64,000 nt of DNA, taken from Candidatus Kapaibacterium sp. GTDB taxonomy: Bacteria; Bacteroidota; Ignavibacteria; Kapaibacteriales; UBA2268. This document shows, piece by piece, positions 39,501-50,600 of the stretch. The first letter of the stretch is position 1. Each line of letters begins with the position of its first letter. The notes beneath the pieces were generated by a model. That model worked only from the letters and a program-made list of their open reading frames with translations, was not told the DNA's origin and searched no databases. The stretch is from NCBI GenBank assembly GCA_035445085.1, contig DAOMQA010000003.1, positions 44,368-108,367 of the forward strand, written 5' to 3'. The translations under genes and the position numbers were made by a program.

Positions 39501-40873
39501 AATTGGAATTATATGTTGATTCTTTGCCCAACATCACCTACCATTGGTTTAATGGTTCTTCACGTTCGAGGGTACTTGTAAATCAAGCAGGTAATTATTA
39601 TTTGATTTATGAAAATGAATTTGCTTGCAAAGATAGTATTAATTTTGTAGTAAAAAGTGGAACTGTAGGAGAGTTTAGTATTATTGCTGATAAACAAGAA
39701 TTTTGTAAAGGCGATTCTGTTATACTCTCTACCAATAAGCCTTATTCGCGGTATCAATGGTCTAATGGTGCATCAAGTAGCACTATAGTTGTTAAACGTG
39801 GGGCGTGGTATTCCTTGATTGTAAGCGATGAGAATGGTTGTTCGTCAAAAGATAGTATTTTTATTAAAGAACATGGCAATCTTTTAAATATAGATATAAT
39901 AAGCGATAGTTCTTTTGTATCATGCGAATATATCTACGTAGATTCGGTGCAAGTTCTTAATAGCGATACTTTGGAGTATCAAATTAATGATATTTTAAGT
40001 TCAAAGAACTTAGAAATTCTTAATAAGGAAGAATTGATTACTAAATTTGCTAGTGGGGAGCAAGCCTATATTAAATTTCAAATAAAAGAGCCAAAATTAG
40101 GAATAAATAAATACAATTTTTCTATAGTATCAAATAATCCTTGCCCTATTAGCAAGCAATTTAGTGTTACTTATTCTCTCAAAGCAGAAACATTGATTTA
40201 TTTAGATACATTAAGATTGGAATCTGGTAGCGTAGCATGTTTGCCTGTACATTACAAAAAGCTATGCCCAAATGATTATATCATTAATTCGGGGTTTATA
40301 TTTACAATTGATATTCCTGCCGAATATTTTAATCCCGAATCGCTAACTATTGGCACTATTATATCTAAGAAATTAATAGGTGAGAATTGGAGACTTATAA
40401 TTAGAGTAGACAATTTTAAGGAGAGTGCAGATGAAACACTTTTACTTAAAATATGTGGCACTAATTTAATTGGGAGCGATATTAAGGCTACAATTCAAAT
40501 CAAAGATTTTAAATGGGACTCCGATGATATAATTGTTGAAAAAAAAGACGGGGTGATTAGCTCTATAGCTTGTGCTATAAATATTAGAGCGATAAAATAC
40601 TTTAAGCCAACTAATTTAACTATTACACCTAATCCAGCTACTGAAAATATAAATGTTACTATTACTACTTCATCAATTGGTAGGCATTATTTAAAAGTAT
40701 ATAACTCTAAATCAGAGCTTATTAGCGAAACGACATTTGAGTATAGAGAAAATTCACCGTATATTAAAAAATTAGTATTAAATTCGCATAATTTAGAAAA
40801 CGGCATTTATTTTGTTGTTCTACAATCTCCTTGGGGAGTAATAAATACTGAGAAAATTATTGTAATAAAATGA
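36515..40873 (+). CDS. Large T9SS-secreted protein: beta-propeller + about 10 Cys-containing Ig-like repeats + CTD
   Basis: Signal peptide, NWYFGKYAGITF, repeated YxWS(T/N/D)G...G.Y...GC units, ITPNPATE...LENGIYFV. Confidence 0.85.
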   Translation: MKYKYLIIMVGLLIQTLSSLYAQKEYSNWYFGKYAGITFNTQSGEPEFLEHNKINQYEGNASLSDKDGNLILYSNGVDVYNGQGDKINKDNETLMGHQSSTQSAIITKMPSSSNLYYIFTSDAGDYADPPNQGIHYSIIDMNGLGGRGEIISLNVPLLGVASEKLTSTNHGNGKDVWILSKGYGNNNLYAWLLTDKGLVDTVITSLGYTPKSQNESIGYMKVSSKGNKVALVYTEKPFIELVNFDNKTGVFSNLLTIPVDGYYSLYGLEFSPNRNYLYVSNSGSLLDFYTIFQFDIRSQDVNKIANSRVVVDKNNGTIGAIQIAPDNLIYIAASNKNYLMGIMNPDRRCPQCRFNNNVISLEDSLSYMGLPQSIPIYNTSKNILACETLTAQLDPDDILEDTSRYAFSYEWSGPNGYLSNSPRPEFNNVSMSDTGAYTLIVKYVIGKDTVSMSFVNYLLVNPKNSFSIIGGTTLCEGDTLSLQADTMNLNFSYLWSTGSRRSTLKVTKPGEYKLYITSRYGCVDSAEININMIPKPIAKIDGPKLLCNNSSITLTSKYQSDTLKYLWSTGETTPSINVKQVGTYTLKVSNDYGCSNIDEINVVRHDELKIDIAGDSVICNPNPAKLFAVILPYDSTLKYEYHWSDGQADSSVLINKPGIVKLTVTIEGNCEYTSEITVEKTDPPKVELNLKDTVEFCNGDYIELKVIEPDSKLQYTWSNGEKGDKIVPKKSGQYTVYASNYLGCTSEKSVYIIISEPIIAYIESDYFTNNCTTDSVALSVYPKDESFTYQWSNGLVGDSIIVLKSGNYFVTIKDKFACMTNVSIEVVIGSGIKANIIGDTRACLGDTITLRATLNDNTIKSYKWSNGETSEYIRVNTSDTYSVEITDETGCKAAASINILFIERLDAELNIKDTVQLCDGDSIVISPIKYDDSYQYSWEDGQEGASRTIKQSGLYRLYVTNNNLCTDSSQVYIIFHKLEYLAIKSDREPIICNGGELELYVDSLPNITYHWFNGSSRSRVLVNQAGNYYLIYENEFACKDSINFVVKSGTVGEFSIIADKQEFCKGDSVILSTNKPYSRYQWSNGASSSTIVVKRGAWYSLIVSDENGCSSKDSIFIKEHGNLLNIDIISDSSFVSCEYIYVDSVQVLNSDTLEYQINDILSSKNLEILNKEELITKFASGEQAYIKFQIKEPKLGINKYNFSIVSNNPCPISKQFSVTYSLKAETLIYLDTLRLESGSVACLPVHYKKLCPNDYIINSGFIFTIDIPAEYFNPESLTIGTIISKKLIGENWRLIIRVDNFKESADETLLLKICGTNLIGSDIKATIQIKDFKWDSDDIIVEKKDGVISSIACAINIRAIKYFKPTNLTITPNPATENINVTITTSSIGRHYLKVYNSKSELISETTFEYRENSPYIKKLVLNSHNLENGIYFVVLQSPWGVINTEKIIVIK

Positions 40874-43458
40874 GATATAACATAGTACTGATAATGATTT
40901 TGTTGATGATTGTGTATTGCGAAGCTCTATCAGTTAATGAAAATAATACTTGGATTTTTGGATATAATGCTGGGCTTAGTTTCTCTACTCCTAATGGTGT
41001 TCCCAAACCAGTAGACAGTTCCGCTTTATATAATTTTGAAGGCTCCGCTTCTATTTCGGATAGTAGCGGTAATTTGCTTTTTTATACGGACGGCATAAAT
41101 ATATTTAATCGCAACAATCAAAAAGTTAATAGTGAAGATTCCTTAATGTATTCGCATTTGTCAGCAACCCAAAGTGCTTTAATTGTCCCAATTCCGAATA
41201 GTAAGTATTACTATATATTTACTACCGATGCTGGCGAATATTATATAGATGAAGATGGTAATAATTATGTAAATAAGGGGCTTAATTATACTAAAATAAG
41301 AGCTGATAATAACAATATAAGAATTGATTCATTGAATGTAAGGCTATTAGAAAAATCGACTGAAAAAATTAGCGCTACAAAACATAAAGATTATATAAAT
41401 TATTGGGTGGTCTCGCGCGCTTGGGGCAATGATAAATTTTATATTTACTTAGTAAATAGCAATGGGATTGCACTTGTAAACAGTCAAAGTATTGGACAGA
41501 CGACGCAAGGTAATTGGAGAGAAAGTATTGGCTATATGAAGTTTTCTGCTGATAGCAAGTACTTGGCATTTGTTAATGAAGGCAGAGATTACTTTGAACT
41601 ATTTAAATTTGATAATAATTTAGGTGTATTTTCTGAAGCATTAGTTGTGCCTACTCCGGGAAGGTTCTATAATTACGGTATTGAGTTTTCGGCTCATAGT
41701 AATTTTCTTTATATAACTGAAAGTAAAAATGGTAAAATTTATAGGTATGACATTTCTAAGTATAATGTAGATGATATTGTGAACTCTGAAAGCATTGTGT
41801 ATACAGAGAAAGCTAATACATTCCTTGGCGCGTTGCAAATTGCACCAAATGAAAAAATTTACTTTTCTCGTTTTAAAAGTAAATTCCTTGGAGTAATAGA
41901 GTCGCCAGATTCAGTAAATAGCAAAGTAATTGCCGATGCCGCATATTTAGGGAATTATACGGATGGAACTGCTTCTTACGGTTTGCCTAACATGATACAA
42001 TCTAATAATAAATTTAATGTAGTTTTGGAAGATACTAATATTTGCCAATCAAGTAGCCTAAAAATTACTCCAAAAATTAATTATTTAATAGATAATATGA
42101 AATTTAAATGGGACGGACCCAACAATTTTCAATCATCTAAATTTATATTAGATATTGACAATATCAGTTTTAAACAGCAAGGTAAATACTACCTTACGTC
42201 AATCTATGCTGATAAAATTCTTTATGATAGTATAAATATTATTGTTTTAGAAAGTCCACTCGCAAAAATAGAAGGACCTAATTATATTTGTGGGACTGTG
42301 CCAGTTACGCTCGCATCTAAATTTCAAGATAAAAGCTATCGGTATAAATGGAATACGGGCAGTACCAACGAAAGCATAGAAATAAGTAAGGCGGGACAAT
42401 ATATTCTTACTATAAGCAATGCAAATAACTGTATTAGCTCTGATACAATGATTGTGAAAGGTTCTATTGTTAATGTTTCATTAAACAAGGACAATATTGA
42501 AGCAGGCAAACTATGCCCTAAACAAAATTATACAGACAAAATTAGTATTAAAAATAACGAGCTAAGTAATATAGAGATTGCAGAGATTTACTCAAAAAGG
42601 AAAGCTATCGTTGTTGAAAATCTTAAAAATATAATATTAAAGCCTGAACAAATTATAGAATTTGATGTTAATATCAGTTCTCCTTTTCCTATTATTATAA
42701 ATGATTCGCTGCTAATTAAAATTAAAAGCTCTGATTGTATTATGGAAAAGGTGATTTATGTACATTCTCGAATTGAATTAGAAACTAAATTGCAGATTGA
42801 TAATTTTGAAAAAGCACCAGGTGATAGTATTGATATTAACATTAATTTAACGAACCAATGTAATAATAAGCCAACTTTTAAATCTACATATACAGCACTT
42901 ATTTCCTATAATTCTGAATATATTTATTTAGATACTGTTTTTAATGCTCGTATTCTTGACAGGAAAGTTATAGATACAACTTGCTATCTCCTTATCCAAA
43001 GTGATGAAATTGATTTCTCAGCAACTTGGAAAAATGTTGTTTTAAAAGGAATAGTAATGACAGGCGGAAATATAAATTCTTCTATCAATATTGAAAAAAT
43101 TACTTGGAGCGATAGTTTAATTAATACAGAAATTGCTGCAGGCTCGCTAAAAATCAAATCTTGTGCTATCAATATTAGACCTATTAAAATATACCAACCG
43201 AGTAGCTTGGTCAGTTATCAAAATAGAAACGGCGATTGGATAATTAAGTACAAAAGTGAAGCACCTGGGGAACATAATATATTTATCTATGATATTAAAG
43301 GTAGTATAATAACAAAATTTAATTTATTAAAAGATGTTACAAAAGAAATCGACACGGAATTCGTTATAAACAAGAGGGATTTTGTTACGGGTATTTATAT
43401 TATTTGCTTAAAAAATGTTTTTTATTCTACACATATTAAACAAATAATTTTGAAATAA
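40870..43458 (+). CDS. Shorter paralogue of the upstream T9SS protein
   Basis: TWIFGYNAGLSF, EGSASISD..GNLLFYTDG, TQSALIVP, two Ig-like W-G units, shared CAINIR, degenerate CTD. Confidence 0.82.
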   Translation: MRYNIVLIMILLMIVYCEALSVNENNTWIFGYNAGLSFSTPNGVPKPVDSSALYNFEGSASISDSSGNLLFYTDGINIFNRNNQKVNSEDSLMYSHLSATQSALIVPIPNSKYYYIFTTDAGEYYIDEDGNNYVNKGLNYTKIRADNNNIRIDSLNVRLLEKSTEKISATKHKDYINYWVVSRAWGNDKFYIYLVNSNGIALVNSQSIGQTTQGNWRESIGYMKFSADSKYLAFVNEGRDYFELFKFDNNLGVFSEALVVPTPGRFYNYGIEFSAHSNFLYITESKNGKIYRYDISKYNVDDIVNSESIVYTEKANTFLGALQIAPNEKIYFSRFKSKFLGVIESPDSVNSKVIADAAYLGNYTDGTASYGLPNMIQSNNKFNVVLEDTNICQSSSLKITPKINYLIDNMKFKWDGPNNFQSSKFILDIDNISFKQQGKYYLTSIYADKILYDSINIIVLESPLAKIEGPNYICGTVPVTLASKFQDKSYRYKWNTGSTNESIEISKAGQYILTISNANNCISSDTMIVKGSIVNVSLNKDNIEAGKLCPKQNYTDKISIKNNELSNIEIAEIYSKRKAIVVENLKNIILKPEQIIEFDVNISSPFPIIINDSLLIKIKSSDCIMEKVIYVHSRIELETKLQIDNFEKAPGDSIDININLTNQCNNKPTFKSTYTALISYNSEYIYLDTVFNARILDRKVIDTTCYLLIQSDEIDFSATWKNVVLKGIVMTGGNINSSINIEKITWSDSLINTEIAAGSLKIKSCAINIRPIKIYQPSSLVSYQNRNGDWIIKYKSEAPGEHNIFIYDIKGSIITKFNLLKDVTKEIDTEFVINKRDFVTGIYIICLKNVFYSTHIKQIILK

Positions 43459-43569
43459 ACTTAAAAAAAGTTAATTTAGTAGATTGTATTGATGCATAAA
43501 GTTTACCAAATTAATTTAAATTAATTTGAAACAGATTGATGAGATAAATTAAACGCCGGAGATAAATGT

Positions 43570-44844
43570 ATGTCACTGCTCTTAAAAAAGTTAGAAGAGG
43601 TTTTGCCACCTCAAATTGAAAATATTAAAAATTTCATTAATGAAAATAGCGACAAAGTAGTAAGCGAAGTTACAATCAAACAGGTATATGGAGGTATGAG
43701 AGGTGTTAAGTCCTTAGTTTGCGACACTTCCGAAGTTCCGCCAGATAAAGGGCTTATTATTCGTGGTATTGAGCTAAAACACTTAACAGACAAAACACCA
43801 GAAGAGATATTATGGTTATTATTAACTGGTTCTTTGCCCAATGCTGAAGAACTTGCTAATTTGCAAAGCGAATTAAATGACCGTGGTGTGGTGCCAGACT
43901 ATGTATGGAATGTTATTGATGCTATGCCAAATGATTCCCATCCAATGGCAATGTTTAGTGCAGCCGTTTTAGTTATGCAAAAGGAATCTGTTTTTGCCCA
44001 AAAATACGACGAAGGTATGGCAAAACCAGATTATTGGAAAGCTACTTTAGAAGATTTATTAAATATAGTAGCTAAATTACCAGCTATTGGCGCTTATGTC
44101 TATAGAAAGCGTTATAATAAAGGTGATAGAATTGCTCCAGATTTTAATAAAGATTGGTCAGGTAACTATGTTCATATGCTTGGACTTGGCGATAGAGATG
44201 GAGAATTTAGCAAATTGATGAGATTATATTTAAACATACACTCAGACCACGAAGGTGGCAATGTATCGGCTATGACGGGGTCCGTGGTTAGTTCTGCATT
44301 ATCTGACCTATACTATGCTTTGTCCGCTGGTTTGAATGGATTAGCTGGACCGTTACACGGCTTAGCAAATCAAGAATGTTTAAAATGGATACTCGAAACT
44401 AAAGAAAAATTTGGTGGCATACCAACGGTAGAAGAATTGGAAAAATTCGCTTGGGATACTTTGAATTCTGGTAGAGTGATTCCAGGCTACGGGCATGCCG
44501 TATTACGTATTACAGACCCTCGATTTGATGCCTTCCTTGCTTTTGGCAAGAAATATATGGCTGACGATCCTGTTTTTGCTACTGTATCACGTGTATTTGA
44601 TGTAGTACCGGGCATATTGTCTAAAGTATCAAAAATCGCTGATCCTTGGCCTAATGTTGATGCTGGTTCAGGTGCCTTATTATATCACTATGGCTTAAAG
44701 GAATTTAGTTATTATACTGTATTATTCTCTATTTCACGTGCATTAGGTATAGGTTCGCAAGCAGTATTAGCGAGAGCTTATGGTTTGCCTATTACAAGAC
44801 CTAAGTCTATGCCAACAGAAAAGTATATGAAAATGGTCAAGTAA
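43570..44844 (+). CDS. gltA: Citrate (Si)-synthase, eukaryote-like type
   Basis: YGGMRG, HSDHEGGNVSA, GLAGPLHGLANQE, IPGYGHAVLRITDPR, PWPNVDA. Confidence 0.95.
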   Translation: MSLLLKKLEEVLPPQIENIKNFINENSDKVVSEVTIKQVYGGMRGVKSLVCDTSEVPPDKGLIIRGIELKHLTDKTPEEILWLLLTGSLPNAEELANLQSELNDRGVVPDYVWNVIDAMPNDSHPMAMFSAAVLVMQKESVFAQKYDEGMAKPDYWKATLEDLLNIVAKLPAIGAYVYRKRYNKGDRIAPDFNKDWSGNYVHMLGLGDRDGEFSKLMRLYLNIHSDHEGGNVSAMTGSVVSSALSDLYYALSAGLNGLAGPLHGLANQECLKWILETKEKFGGIPTVEELEKFAWDTLNSGRVIPGYGHAVLRITDPRFDAFLAFGKKYMADDPVFATVSRVFDVVPGILSKVSKIADPWPNVDAGSGALLYHYGLKEFSYYTVLFSISRALGIGSQAVLARAYGLPITRPKSMPTEKYMKMVK

Positions 44845-44867
44845 AAACTAATACCATTGTAAGATAA

Positions 44868-44905
44868 AAAAATCCTTCTTTTACAATAATGAAAGAAGGA
44901 TTTTT
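44868..44905. terminator. Bidirectional intrinsic terminator
   Basis: aaaaatccttcttt / aaagaaggattttt 14-bp inverted repeat between convergent genes. Confidence 0.8.
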
Positions 44906-44983
44906 CTTGTGTTATCTATGAGAATTTAAAATACTAAAGCTCTGCAAATTATTACTTCCGGTTAATAAAGCGGTATCAAGTAC

Positions 44984-45703
44984 CTAAAATGAAAAGATTA
45001 TTTTGAATATATTAGCCCAGTTTGTTAGCATTACTAAGCGTAAACCAATCCAACTACCAAAGCCAATAAAAGTGAGTCCTGCAACTTGCCTTATTTTATG
45101 TATGGATGTATTTGATAAACGATGCTTATTTTTATGAACAATAAGTCCTAAAGTATACAGCCATAAAAAATTGCCTATACCAAAGCCTAATGAGAAAATT
45201 ATAAAATGGAAAGCAGTAGCATCGAACAAGTTCATTTTTTGTACCCAAGTGCTCATCACGGCAAGAGAAGGTAAAAAAGTAGGGTTCGCTATATTGGTTA
45301 GAGCTAAGGCTATACCAAGTAAAAAAGGACCTTTGGATTTTAGGTTATTTAAATATTCTGGAGTATTTAAGCTTTGCTCGTCTGTGAGTTGATTTTTTTC
45401 TCGCTCTCTAAATTGTTGAATACCATAAACAATTAGCCCAGAAACTACAGAAATTTGAAAAACGGTCGATATTAAGGGGTAACTTGCAAAAAAGTCGTTT
45501 AAAGTAGATTGGACTGCCGAAGCGGCAAAAATTGCAATTAAACAATAAATGGTATCTAATATAGCTGTACCTACAGACAATTGGAAAGTTGCTCGACGCC
45601 CACTTTCTAACCCTAGTCTTATGCTTGCTACTCCAATAGGACCCGGAGGCATTGCTAAGACAAAACCGATTATTGCACCTATAAATAAAGCTGTAAACAT
45701 CAA
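44984..45703 (-). CDS. LysE family translocator
   Basis: LAMPPGPIG, ANPTFL, six hydrophobic segments. Confidence 0.8.
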   Translation of the reverse strand: MMFTALFIGAIIGFVLAMPPGPIGVASIRLGLESGRRATFQLSVGTAILDTIYCLIAIFAASAVQSTLNDFFASYPLISTVFQISVVSGLIVYGIQQFREREKNQLTDEQSLNTPEYLNNLKSKGPFLLGIALALTNIANPTFLPSLAVMSTWVQKMNLFDATAFHFIIFSLGFGIGNFLWLYTLGLIVHKNKHRLSNTSIHKIRQVAGLTFIGFGSWIGLRLVMLTNWANIFKIIFSF

Positions 45704-45963
45704 CCTTCTATAATTATTACCTTATAAAGACGAATAAAAAACAAAAACTGTAAGGAAATATTGACACAATGTAAGCTATTTTTTTTATATAAAAAAACAA
45801 AAATTTAAGAATGTATAAAAATTAATTATATTGATATTGATGTTATTGTAGTATAATTGGCTATAAATCAATAAGATTGCTACAAAAAAATATATTTAGT
45901 TGATATGTTTTAAAAAAAATATTACTTTTATACTTTGTGTCATTTTATTAATCAAAGGTATAT

Positions 45964-46686
45964 ATGGATTTGTTTTTGCTACCCGAAACATGGATAGCTA
46001 TTGTTACGCTAACATTTTTAGAAATAGTCTTAGGTGTAGACAATATAATTTTTATTTCTATTATCTCTAATAAATTGCCCAAAGAGGAACAGCAAAAAGC
46101 TAGGACAGTCGGGCTTACGCTTGCTATTGTAATTAGAGTGCTTATGCTATTAGGTATAAGCTGGCTGGTGCATTTTACTGAACCATTGTTTACTGTTTTG
46201 GAATATGGTTTTAGTGGACGAGACTTGATATTATTCTTTGGAGGCTTATTTCTATTGGCAAAGAGTACCTCTGAAATTCATCATAAAGTAACACATGACA
46301 AAGAGGAACAATCAAAAAATGGGGCCTTATCTGTAGGAAATGCTATATTTCAGATTGTATTGTTAGATATAGTCTTTTCCTTTGACTCTATACTGACTGC
46401 TGTGGGACTGACCGATCACGTTATACTAATGATTATTGCCGTTATCGTTTCGATGATTATAATGATCATATTTGCCGGTAGCATTTCTGACTTTATTGCT
46501 AAATATCCTACATTACAAATGTTAGCCTTATCATTTCTAATTTTAATTGGATTTATGCTTGTGTTAGAAGGTTTTCATACTCACGTTCCAAAAGGATATA
46601 TTTATTTTGCAGTATTTTTCTCACTAATGGTTGAGTATTTAAATATCAAAATAAGAAGCAAAAAAGTACAAAAAGTAGTAGAGTAA
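45964..46686 (+). CDS. TerC family membrane protein
   Basis: LEIVLGVDNIIFISI, DIVFSFDSILTAVG, KGYIYFAVFFS. Confidence 0.92.
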   Translation: MDLFLLPETWIAIVTLTFLEIVLGVDNIIFISIISNKLPKEEQQKARTVGLTLAIVIRVLMLLGISWLVHFTEPLFTVLEYGFSGRDLILFFGGLFLLAKSTSEIHHKVTHDKEEQSKNGALSVGNAIFQIVLLDIVFSFDSILTAVGLTDHVILMIIAVIVSMIIMIIFAGSISDFIAKYPTLQMLALSFLILIGFMLVLEGFHTHVPKGYIYFAVFFSLMVEYLNIKIRSKKVQKVVE

Positions 46687-46715
46687 ATTATTATGTTTAA
46701 AGTAGAAATAGAATT

Positions 46716-47402
46716 GTGAGAACTTTTGTAATAGGAGATATACACGGCTGCTTTTATTCTTTACAGCATCTACTATTTGATATATGTAAAGTTACAAAAA
46801 GAGATAAGTTGATATTTTTAGGTGATTATATTGATAGAGGAATTTTTATAAAAGAAACTATTGATTTAATTCTTGAGCTTATTGACAAAGGCTTTAATAT
46901 TGTTGCTTTGCGTGGAAATCATGAACAATATTTGTTAGAATCTTTAAACGACCCTAAGAGATTAGTGAATTGGTTGAGGAATGGGGGTGATACTACCTTA
47001 AATAGTTTTATGGTAATGAATCCCCTTTTCTTAGAAGAAAAGTATATCCAATTCTTTATGAATACTGTATTCTATCATTGTGAACAAAATTATATTTGTG
47101 TTCATGCGGGTCTGAATTTTAAAATAGATAAGCCTCTAAGCGATACTAAATCAATGTTAAATTCTCGCATTAATACCGTTGATTCCTCAAAGATTGATAA
47201 CAAAACCCTAATTGTAGGGCATACTCCACAAAGTTTACAAAATATTAAGGCGTCATTGCTAACGAATTTAATTAGGCTTGACGGAGGCTGTATATATTAC
47301 AAAAAAGTTGGGTCGCTTGGCAACTTAATAGCTTTAGAACTGAACTCGATGGAATTATATTATACACAAAACCGAGAAGGCATACCCATAATATCGGATT
47401 AG
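46716..47402 (+). CDS. PPP-family (Ser/Thr phosphatase-like) metallophosphoesterase
   Basis: GDIHG, GDYIDRG, GNHE, VHAG, GHTP; GTG start. Confidence 0.9.
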   Translation: MRTFVIGDIHGCFYSLQHLLFDICKVTKRDKLIFLGDYIDRGIFIKETIDLILELIDKGFNIVALRGNHEQYLLESLNDPKRLVNWLRNGGDTTLNSFMVMNPLFLEEKYIQFFMNTVFYHCEQNYICVHAGLNFKIDKPLSDTKSMLNSRINTVDSSKIDNKTLIVGHTPQSLQNIKASLLTNLIRLDGGCIYYKKVGSLGNLIALELNSMELYYTQNREGIPIISD

Positions 47403-47615
47403 ATTATACGCTGTTTTCATAAATCTATAAATTTATTTGCCAAAATATTTTTTGAATTATTTTTACTTATAACAAGTACTCTAAGCTCTTATTCTTATAA
47501 TGTATTCCGTCAAGTAGTGCTGAGAATAACTTGTTCGCTTTTTTTGTCAAAAAAAATTTGGTGGATTCATAAATTATTTTTAGTTTAGTGTATAAGAAAA
47601 TTTATAGAGGTTAAT

Positions 47616-50600
47616 ATGATTTTTTCGTTTTGCAAAGATTTCAATAAGTATATCTGGACATTGCTTATATTTATTGGAACTTGTTATAGCCTGCAATCTC
47701 AGTCGTGGGTATCTGAGGTCTCCCAAGCAGGGTTCATACTAAAAAAGGTAGTTAGTGATACCACAGTTCCAAGTGGCCAGAGCTTTAGTTATACTATCTA
47801 CTATACAATACCTGCCGGCGCTACGAATGTTAATATAATGGACAATATACCGCCGTCATTAATATTTCAGGGGTATTCTGTAAATGCTGCTTGCGGCACA
47901 CCTACTGTAAGTGCACCAGCTGTTAATGCTATGGGTGGTCTGTTGTCTGTATCGTGGGCCAGCGTTCCCTCTGGTTGCTCAGGTTCATTTACAATAACTG
48001 TGGCGTTTCCTAATGGAGTTACTTGCCCTGGTGCCATGGCTCGTAATAATGCTTGTATTCTTGCTACTTTAAATCAAAAGAATTACGAGTTTTGTACGAA
48101 TTACCTTGTTACTACTGCTACTGCCTCAAATCCGTGGCATATCAATAAATACCCTTACGGATTAGCTTATATTGGTGGTAATTGTCAATGGGCAACAGGC
48201 AACGATACAATAACTTACCAAGTTTGTGTGTATAAAAATGTAGGTACAACAGGGCAGTTAAACTTAGTTAATGCTGTAGTAACCGATACGCTACCAACAG
48301 GCGCAGTTTTAGTAAGTTCGACTTGTGGAGCTACTCAATCTGGAAATGTAATAACTTGGAATGTTGGGAATATGAGCGCTTTGCCAGCATATAATTCAGC
48401 ATGTTGTAATTTCCAAATATACTATCCGTTAGCACAGTTTCCAAATGGAACAAATATTACAAATAAGGCTACACTTACAGGGTATTTAGGACCAGCTAAT
48501 TATTGCGATAGCGTCTCAACTAATGCGAGTACTTGCGTAACTAAACTAACTTACCAAAGTGCTACTCTAAGTAAATGGGCGTATACAAATGGGCAGCCCG
48601 GTTGTGCGGGTCAATACCTAATTTATATCTGTAATAATGGTACAACAAATCTTCCAGTAGTAGCTCTTGACTCCGTTCCAAGTAGCTTAACTTCTATTAG
48701 TCTGGGTAATGTATGGCCAAATACAATTACAGCTTCGTTGTCTGGTAATATTGTGAGTATTAATGGCAGTTTGGCGACTGGTCAATGTGGCTATGTATAT
48801 GTAAACTTTACTATACCAAGTAATGCTACGATTGGTTCAACTATCACAAATTGCGTTCATCTGACTTCTATTCAGCCTAGTGTTAGTGCTTGTAATACCT
48901 TTACAGTTGCTACACCAGCCCCTCAGGCTTGTTTGTGGAAAGAAGTTTGCCAAGCTCAAACATCGTACACCCCGGGCTCTATATTTAGATATAGGCTTAG
49001 AGTACAAAATATTGGCGGTCAAGCTTTAAATGGCGTTACACTTACTGATGTATTAAATTCTAATTTAGAGTATGTAGGCAATCCATCATATTATATTGCT
49101 AATACTTGGAGTATTACAAATTGCAAGCCTAACCCTACTCCTAGTGAACAATGGGCAGGTGTTAATTTATCTTATAATAGTGGTACAAATACAGTCAGTG
49201 CAGTGCTTCCATCTATAGCTGCTGTTTGCCAAAATATATTCTATAGTAATTGTGGAATGTATGGCACAGGTGGAGTACCGTATTATTATATTGAATTTGA
49301 TGTTAAAGTAAGGGATACTGCAGCTTTAGGTAATGTGCCAAATCAATTCTCATTGTCAGGTGGTACCCTTAATACTGCGGTTGAAACTTCAAATACTGCG
49401 ATGGTACTTGTAACTGGCGTTGTTGGGTTTAATTTACAAAAAGATGTTAAAAAGCCTAATGATGTTGCCTATACTAATACCGTTACTACTACTGCTGGCT
49501 CACTAATTAATTATAGATTAAAGTTAAATTCAAGCGGAACAGCTGCTTTGACGCATGTAACTTTTGCAGACTTGCTTCCTCGCAATGTGAGTCCAAGTGA
49601 TCAATTAATTTTAGCTCCTTGTGGTAATAGAAGTAGTCAGTTTGATGTATCTTATGCTTCTGTATTAGGAACGCCAACACCTAACCCAGTATTTCCATAT
49701 AATAATAATACTGTATTGTTGGCAAATGTAAATAACTTATCGCCATCTGGAATACCGGGCAATAGTTTTACAGTGGGATGTGGAACTAATGGAACGTGGG
49801 CGTCTGGTTTAGGTGCAGGTGATAAAAATATGAGTATTTACTTTGGTCCTACCGCAGTCGGATTAACGGGTGCTGAATATAAATTTGCTGCTCAAATAAG
49901 CAATACGGCGCAGGTAAATGAACTTGCCTGCAATACTTTTGCAGCAAGCGCTTGGACTAAGCATTTAATCCAAAGTAGTATTTTAAATTATCAACGTGCG
50001 GGTGAGTTAGAGTCGCCTAAAACTTGTATTACTATTAAAAAGGCGGACGAACCTACAAGTTGCTTAAAAGATGCGAAGTATGACATAATATGCAAAGGTG
50101 TGGACCCTTCTACAGGGGCTGTTTATTATTCATTTAGTATGAACGCAAGTAGCTGTACGCCTTCTGTATTAGTGCTTAGCTCGCCTGATGTTAGTTTTGT
50201 AACATCATCATATTCTTTAACATCGTCTCCTTGGACAATTAACGGAGCGTTCTCGCATACATCTACAAATAATCCTATTACAATTTATTATACATTGCAA
50301 TGTAATGGGGTTGTCTGCCGTGATAGTGTTAAATTAGACCTTCCACAATGTGGGGATCCAAATGATCCAACTGATCCAAAAGACTGCTGTAAAGAGTTTA
50401 AAAAGCAGTTTATGGAACCTAAACTTACTTGGAATAGTGGTACTGGTTTTGTAGGACTGACATCATTTATGGCAGTTGGACCAAATCCAATTAAAGAATT
50501 TAATGCAACTATAGTTTCTGCACAACTAAGACGAGTTTGCAAAAATACGGCATCTGCTTGGACAAGAATATTCGGCGATATAGTTAGTGGCAGCGTCGTC

